In this document: positions 27,170 through 32,316 of the stretch, piece by piece
How the letters are laid out: the number at the start of each line of letters is the position of its first letter
Numbering within the stretch: the first letter of the stretch is position 1
Source of the DNA: an uncultured Alphaproteobacteria bacterium
GTDB lineage: Bacteria > Pseudomonadota > Alphaproteobacteria > Minwuiales > Minwuiaceae
Direction: 5' to 3'
Length of the DNA stretch: 32,316 bases
Assembly: GCA_913064755.1 (NCBI GenBank)
Contig: CAJYBQ010000001.1
Coordinates: forward strand, 1-32,316
The notes under the pieces: generated by a model
The model's database searches: none
What the model was told of the DNA's origin: nothing
What the model saw: only the letters and a program-made list of their open reading frames with translations
Position numbers and translations under genes: made by a program

Positions 27170-28726
27170 TCAATGCTTCGCCGCGTCGACGGTGCCCGCA
27201 GCCGACGGCAGGGCCGCAGGATCCAGGGCAAGCGCCGCGTTGTGATGATCGACCAGATAGACGATCGACGGTTCCATGATGTCGAGGAACGACGACGGAT
27301 AGACACCCAGCCAGATGACCGCCACCGCGATCGGGGCGAAGATCATGATCTCGCGCGGGGTCAGGTCGGTCAGGGCCTTCAGATCATCCTTCTCCAGCTT
27401 GCCGAAGACGACCCGGCGGTACAGCCAGAGCGCATAGGCCGCGCCAAGGATGACACCGGTGGTCATCAGCAGGGCCACCCAGGTATTCGCCGCAAAGGCG
27501 CCGACGATGACCAGGAACTCGCCCACGAATCCGCCGGTACCGGGCAGTCCGACGGAGGCCATGGTCATCAGCATGAAGATGAAGGCGAACCGCGGCATGT
27601 TCTTCGCCAGCCCGCCGTAGCGCGCGATCTCACGCGTATGCAGCCGGTCGTAGACCACGCCGACGCAGAGGAACAGCGCGCCCGCGATCAGGCCATGCGC
27701 CAGCATGACGAACATGGCGCCTTCCAGCCCCTGCACGTTGAACGTGAACAGGCCGATGGTCACGAAGCCCATGTGGGCGACGGACGAATAGGCGATCAGC
27801 TTCTTCATGTCCTCCTGCACCAGGGCGACGAGGGAGGTGTAGATGATCGCGATCACCGACATGCCGAAGATCAGCGGCGCGAAGTCGGCGGACGCGATCG
27901 GGAACATCGGCAGGCTGAACCGGATGAAGCCGTAGCCACCCATCTTCAGCAGCACGCCGGCCAGGATCACCGAACCCGCCGTCGGTGCCTCCACATGCGC
28001 GTCCGGCAACCAGGTATGGACCGGCCACATCGGCATCTTCACCGCGAAGGACGCGAAGAATGCCAGCCACAGCCAGGTCTGGATGCCGGCCGGGATCGCC
28101 TTGTCCGGATCGACCGCGTTCGCGGTCAGCACCGGAATGCTGGTGGTGCCGGCATCGAAGTAGATCCACAGGATCGCCAGCAGCATCAGCACGGAGCCGA
28201 GCAGCGTGTAGAGGAAGAACTTGAACGACGCGTAGACGCGGCGGCCACCACCCCAGATGCCGATGATCAGGAACATCGGGATCAGGCCGGCCTCGAAGAA
28301 CAGGTAGAACAGCAGCAGGTCCTGGGCACAGAACACGCCGATCATCAGCGTTTCCATCAACAGGAACGCGATCATGTATTCCTTCACCCGGGTCTTGATC
28401 GATTCCCAGCTGGCCAGGATGCACAGGGGCATCAGGAAGGTGGTCAGCAGCACCAGCGGCAGCGAAATGCCGTCAACGGCCATGCTGTAATTGATGCCGG
28501 CGCCGATCCATTCGACATTCTCCACCATCTGGAGGTCGTGGGTGCCGTATTCGAAACGCGCCCATACCACCAGCGACAGCAGGAACGTGCCGACGGTTGC
28601 AAACAATGCGCCCCAACGGACGTTCTTCTGCGCATCCGCATCATCCCCCCGCACGAACAGCAGGATGATGAGCGCCCCGACCAGGGGCGCGAAGGTAACG
28701 ATGCTCAGCAGCGGGAAAGCAAACAT
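27170..28726 (-). CDS. nuoM: NADH-quinone oxidoreductase subunit M
   Basis: [39 protein letters not shown]. Confidence 0.98.
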   Translation of the reverse strand: MFAFPLLSIVTFAPLVGALIILLFVRGDDADAQKNVRWGALFATVGTFLLSLVVWARFEYGTHDLQMVENVEWIGAGINYSMAVDGISLPLVLLTTFLMPLCILASWESIKTRVKEYMIAFLLMETLMIGVFCAQDLLLFYLFFEAGLIPMFLIIGIWGGGRRVYASFKFFLYTLLGSVLMLLAILWIYFDAGTTSIPVLTANAVDPDKAIPAGIQTWLWLAFFASFAVKMPMWPVHTWLPDAHVEAPTAGSVILAGVLLKMGGYGFIRFSLPMFPIASADFAPLIFGMSVIAIIYTSLVALVQEDMKKLIAYSSVAHMGFVTIGLFTFNVQGLEGAMFVMLAHGLIAGALFLCVGVVYDRLHTREIARYGGLAKNMPRFAFIFMLMTMASVGLPGTGGFVGEFLVIVGAFAANTWVALLMTTGVILGAAYALWLYRRVVFGKLEKDDLKALTDLTPREIMIFAPIAVAVIWLGVYPSSFLDIMEPSIVYLVDHHNAALALDPAALPSAAGTVDAAKH

Positions 28727-28733
28727 CTTATCC

Positions 28734-30683
28734 TCAGACCCCGATCGCGTAGAAGTAGAAGGTGACCAGCACGGCAACACCAATCAGCATGGCGAAGGCG
28801 TAATGGTAGAGATAGCCGCTCTGCAGCAGTGATGCGCGCCGTGCGGCCTTCAGCACCGTGCTGGAGATACCGTCCGGACCCAGGCCATCGATCAGCTTGC
28901 CATCGCCGATCCGCCAGAAGATGCGGCCCAGTGCCTTGGCAGGACGGATGAAGATCCAGTCGTACAGTTCGTCGAAGTACCACTTGTTCAGCAGGAACTG
29001 GTAGATCGCCTGGTGCGTGCGTGCGAACGACGGGCCGAGGTCCGTGTTCTTGATGTACATCAGCCAGGCCAGACCGATACCGGCGACGGAGACGACAAGC
29101 GGCAGCCACTTCACCCAGGTCGGCACGTCATGCGCCAGTTCCATGGCCCGGTTGGTATCCAGGATCAGGATCGCGTCACCCCAGAATTCCTGCCAGTGGT
29201 GCCCGGTCATCGGACCGTAGAAGGCGATACCGGCGAAGACCGCGCCAACCGCCAGTATGTAGAGCGGGATCATCATGACGGGCGGCGAATCGTGGATGTG
29301 CGCCATGGTCTCCCGCGGTGCCCGCGGCTTGCCGTTGAATGTCAGGAACAGCAGGCGCCAGGAATAGAACGCGGTCATGAAGGCGGCACTGATGCCCATG
29401 AAGAAGGCATACTCGCCGAGACCGGTACTGGCCGCGAAGGAACTTTCGAGGATCAGGTCCTTGGAATAGAAACCGGCAAAGCCGACGACACCGGGAATGC
29501 CGATACCCGCAAGCGCCAGCGACCCGATCCACATCATGAAGAAGGTCTTGCGGATATGCGGCGCCAGTCCACCCATCTTCCGCATGTCCTGTTCGTCCGC
29601 GACGGCATGGATCACCGAACCGGCACCCAGGAACAGCAGCGCCTTGAAGAAGGCATGCGTGAACAGGTGGAAGATCGCGACCGGGTAGGCCGAAAGACCC
29701 GCGGCAAAGAACATGTAGCCAAGCTGCGAACAGGTCGAATAGGCGATCACCCGCTTGATGTCGGTCTGCACCAGACCGACCGTCGCCGCGAAGAACGCGG
29801 TGCTTGCGCCGATGACGACGACAACGGCCAGCGCGTCCGGTGCGTATTCGAACATCGGCGAACAGCGTGCGACCAGGAAGACACCTGCCGTCACCATCGT
29901 TGCCGCGTGGATCAGCGCGGAGACCGGCGTCGGTCCCTCCATCGCGTCCGGCAGCCAGGTATGCAGCGGCAACTGCGCCGACTTGCCCATGGCGCCGAGG
30001 AACAGCAACAGGCAGAGCGTGGTCAGCGTATGGACCTCGTAGCCGAGGAAGTTGAACGTGTGCTCGACCATGTCCGGCGTCTGCGAGAACACCGCTTCGA
30101 ACGTCACGCTGTCATAGACCAGGAAGATGCCCGCGATGCCCAGCGCGAAGCCGAAGTCACCGACGCGGTTGACGATGAATGCCTTCATCGCCGCGGCGTT
30201 GGCGGATGGCTTGTGGTACCAGAACCCGATCAGCAGGTAGGACGCCAGGCCAACACCTTCCCAGCCGAAATACAGCTGCACGAAGTTGTCGCTGGTGACC
30301 AGCATCAGCATCGCGAAGGTGAACAGCGACAGATAGGCGAAGAACCTTGCCTTGGCCTCGTCATGGCTCATGTAGCCGATGGAATACCAGTGAACCAGGC
30401 AGGACACGGTATTGACCACGACCAGCATGACGGCGGTCAGCGTATCGATCTGCAGCGCCCAGTTGACCTGGAAATCGCCGGAATGGATCCAGCTCAACAG
30501 GTTCACGTGCGCCGGGTTGTGGCCGAAGCCAACCGTGTAGAGCGCGGCCCAGGACATGATCGCCGCGGCGGTCATCAGCAGGCTGGTGATCAGCATGGCG
30601 GCACGGTCGCCGAGCGAACGCCCGAAGAAACCGGCCAGCACTGCGCCGAGCAGCGGCGCGAAGGTGATCAGGACATACATCAT
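28734..30683 (-). CDS. nuoL: NADH-quinone oxidoreductase subunit L
   Basis: [48 protein letters not shown]. Confidence 0.98.
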   Translation of the reverse strand: MMYVLITFAPLLGAVLAGFFGRSLGDRAAMLITSLLMTAAAIMSWAALYTVGFGHNPAHVNLLSWIHSGDFQVNWALQIDTLTAVMLVVVNTVSCLVHWYSIGYMSHDEAKARFFAYLSLFTFAMLMLVTSDNFVQLYFGWEGVGLASYLLIGFWYHKPSANAAAMKAFIVNRVGDFGFALGIAGIFLVYDSVTFEAVFSQTPDMVEHTFNFLGYEVHTLTTLCLLLFLGAMGKSAQLPLHTWLPDAMEGPTPVSALIHAATMVTAGVFLVARCSPMFEYAPDALAVVVVIGASTAFFAATVGLVQTDIKRVIAYSTCSQLGYMFFAAGLSAYPVAIFHLFTHAFFKALLFLGAGSVIHAVADEQDMRKMGGLAPHIRKTFFMMWIGSLALAGIGIPGVVGFAGFYSKDLILESSFAASTGLGEYAFFMGISAAFMTAFYSWRLLFLTFNGKPRAPRETMAHIHDSPPVMMIPLYILAVGAVFAGIAFYGPMTGHHWQEFWGDAILILDTNRAMELAHDVPTWVKWLPLVVSVAGIGLAWLMYIKNTDLGPSFARTHQAIYQFLLNKWYFDELYDWIFIRPAKALGRIFWRIGDGKLIDGLGPDGISSTVLKAARRASLLQSGYLYHYAFAMLIGVAVLVTFYFYAIGV

Positions 30684-30694
30684 GGCGGTCTCGA

Positions 30695-31003
30695 TCAGCC
30701 TTTCATCATGTTGATGTCTTCAACGGCGATGGAGCCGCGATTGCGGAAGTACACGACCAGGATGGCCAGCCCGATGGCCGCCTCCCCCGCCGCTACGGTC
30801 AGCACGAACATCGCGAAGACCTGGCCGACCAGAACGTTCAGATGCGTCGAGAACGCGACCAGATTGATATTCACCGCAAGCAGCATCAGCTCGATCGACA
30901 TCAGGATGATGATGACGGTCTTGCGGGTCATGAAGATGCCGAAGATCCCGAGTGTGAACAGGATCGCTGCGACGGTCAGATAATGTCCGAGACCGATTTC
31001 CAT
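30695..31003 (-). CDS. nuoK: NADH-quinone oxidoreductase subunit K
   Basis: [19 protein letters not shown]...[11 protein letters not shown]. Confidence 0.98.
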   Translation of the reverse strand: MEIGLGHYLTVAAILFTLGIFGIFMTRKTVIIILMSIELMLLAVNINLVAFSTHLNVLVGQVFAMFVLTVAAGEAAIGLAILVVYFRNRGSIAVEDINMMKG

Positions 31004-31023
31004 GTTGTTTTCCCTCGGCCCCC

Positions 31024-31638
31024 CTAGACGCCCTGGCCCGGCTGGACCTTCTTGATCTCAACCGAACTCTCGCGTGTCCGGCTGACCTGGTCTGAAATCT
31101 TCTGCCGCTTGACGCCGGGGCGCGACCGCAAGGTCAGGACAATGGCCCCGATCATGGCGACCAGCAGGATCATGCCCGCCGCCTGGAACAGGTAGACGTA
31201 GCGGGTATAGACCAGGTCCCCCAGCGCGGCGACATTGCTCCGCAACGCGGGATCCGGTGTCGGTGCCGCCGCGACCGATGCCGCTTCGGGCGAGATCACC
31301 CAGGCGCCGACGACCATCAGGATCTCGACGAGCAGGATGAACGACACCAGCAGACCGATCGGCAGGTACTGCAGGAAGCCCTGACGCAGTTCGACGAAAT
31401 TGATGTCCAGCATCATCACGACGAACATGAACAGCACCGCGACCGCGCCGACGTAGACAATGACCAGGATCATCGCCAGGAACTCCGCCCCCAGCAGCAC
31501 GAACAATCCCGCCGAATTGAAGAAGGCAAGGATCAGGAACAGCACGGAATGCACCGGGTTGCGCGACGCAATGACCAGCACGCCGCAGGCAACGGTGATC
31601 GTTGCGAACAGATAGAATGCCAACGCTGGCAGGATCAC
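31024..31638 (-). CDS. nuoJ: NADH-quinone oxidoreductase subunit J
   Basis: [11 protein letters not shown]...[15 protein letters not shown]...[11 protein letters not shown]. Confidence 0.97.
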   Translation of the reverse strand: MILPALAFYLFATITVACGVLVIASRNPVHSVLFLILAFFNSAGLFVLLGAEFLAMILVIVYVGAVAVLFMFVVMMLDINFVELRQGFLQYLPIGLLVSFILLVEILMVVGAWVISPEAASVAAAPTPDPALRSNVAALGDLVYTRYVYLFQAAGMILLVAMIGAIVLTLRSRPGVKRQKISDQVSRTRESSVEIKKVQPGQGV

Positions 31639-31776
31639 GTGTCCATTCCCTTCATTCCTGTCGCCCCTACTGGGCCTCACCGGCCCGTTGTCGTTCTCCC
31701 CCGGGCTTCCCCGCCCGGTGGTCGATACAGTCCCTCAACCGTATCGACGCGTATCGGTCAGCCAGCCCTACCCGTA

Positions 31777-32020
31777 TCAGCGATAGGGGGCATCCGCGGC
31801 CAGGTTGGCCGCAATCTCGCGTTCCCACCGGTCACCATTGGCGAGCAGCTTGTCCTTGTCATAGAACAGTTCTTCGCGGGTCTCGGTGGCCAACTCGTAG
31901 TTCGGACCTTCGACCATCGCATCCACCCGGCAGGCTTCCTGGCAAAATCCGCCATAGATGCACTTGGTCATGTTGATGTCATAGGGAGTCGCCCGGCGCG
32001 AACCCTCCACCCGCAGCCCG
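31777..32020 (-). CDS. nuoI: NADH-quinone oxidoreductase subunit I, C-terminal part only, error-rich
   Basis: [32 protein letters not shown]...[22 protein letters not shown]...DAPYR. The N-terminal half is missing. Confidence 0.9.
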
Positions 32021-32039
32021 GCCGCCCCCGCCCCGTGCG

Positions 32040-32316
32040 CTCCTGGGTCGTCTGCTGCCGTCTCGGGGCCGGGCGTCAGGCCCTGCGTGGGGGGCCCGGC
32101 GGTGCCGTGCCGCATCTCTGGCCTGTCGGATGGGCTGCTGGCGGTGATCGCCCCCAGTTCGGTGGCCCCGTAGGGGGCAACGAGCGTGCCGTGCTTGTCT
32201 TCAAAGGCCTTGGCCTCTTCGGGGAACAGCTTGTCGCCTGCCACCACGATGGCCCGCGCAGTGCCAGAGCCCCGCCCCAGCGCCATCACAGACCGGCATT
32301 GGCTGGGCACCATGAA
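32040..32316 (-). other. Fragment of an AMP-binding (acyl-CoA synthetase/ANL) enzyme, probably chimeric
   Basis: IVVAGDKL...YGATELG...GTAGPP matches the YGxTE region; joined in frame to the nuoI fragment. Confidence 0.6.

Noticed and set aside
25655-28765. 1036-aa plus-strand ORF (also 29013-30983 and similar long antisense ORFs)
   Set aside because: Shadow frames of nuoN/M/L caused by high GC3; no recognisable motifs.
31777-32313. Novel AMP-binding-NuoI fusion protein (178-aa ORF)
   Set aside because: Both parts are partial, an essential Fe-S Cys is lost, and the junction lies in an error-rich contig end.
1-32316. CRISPR array, tRNA/rRNA, integrase, prophage or defence system
   Set aside because: No spaced direct repeats, RNA-gene signatures or such protein motifs were seen; intergenic gaps are short and accounted for.

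Overview
GC-rich alphaproteobacterial chromosomal segment, mostly core metabolism: distal nuo operon (nuoI fragment, nuoJKLMN) followed by GNAT-birA-coaX-rnj-mce-DUF1467; DUF1800/DUF1501; gluQ; pyrB plus a probably inactive pyrC; bolA / J-domain-cobS-cobT; and a LiuR-type regulator with thiolase and 3-hydroxyacyl-CoA dehydrogenase. No rRNA, tRNA, CRISPR array, prophage or intact IS is visible. Both ends (about 1-1130 and 31890-32316) look like assembly artefacts: unrelated gene fragments joined together, with substitutions strongly biased to G. Two accessory modules stand out. (1) A copper module: a DUF2946 peptide with CxxC and a RAPP arrest motif, alternative hairpins, a 93-aa ORF that looks like only the signal peptide and last strands of an outer-membrane barrel, and PCuAC. 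(2) A LiuR-box-centred divergent unit pairing beta-oxidation genes with an Mpo1-like (DUF962) gene translationally coupled to a G-type halohydrin-dehalogenase-like protein with non-canonical catalytic motifs. All family assignments come from motif recognition by eye and memory, not from database searches.
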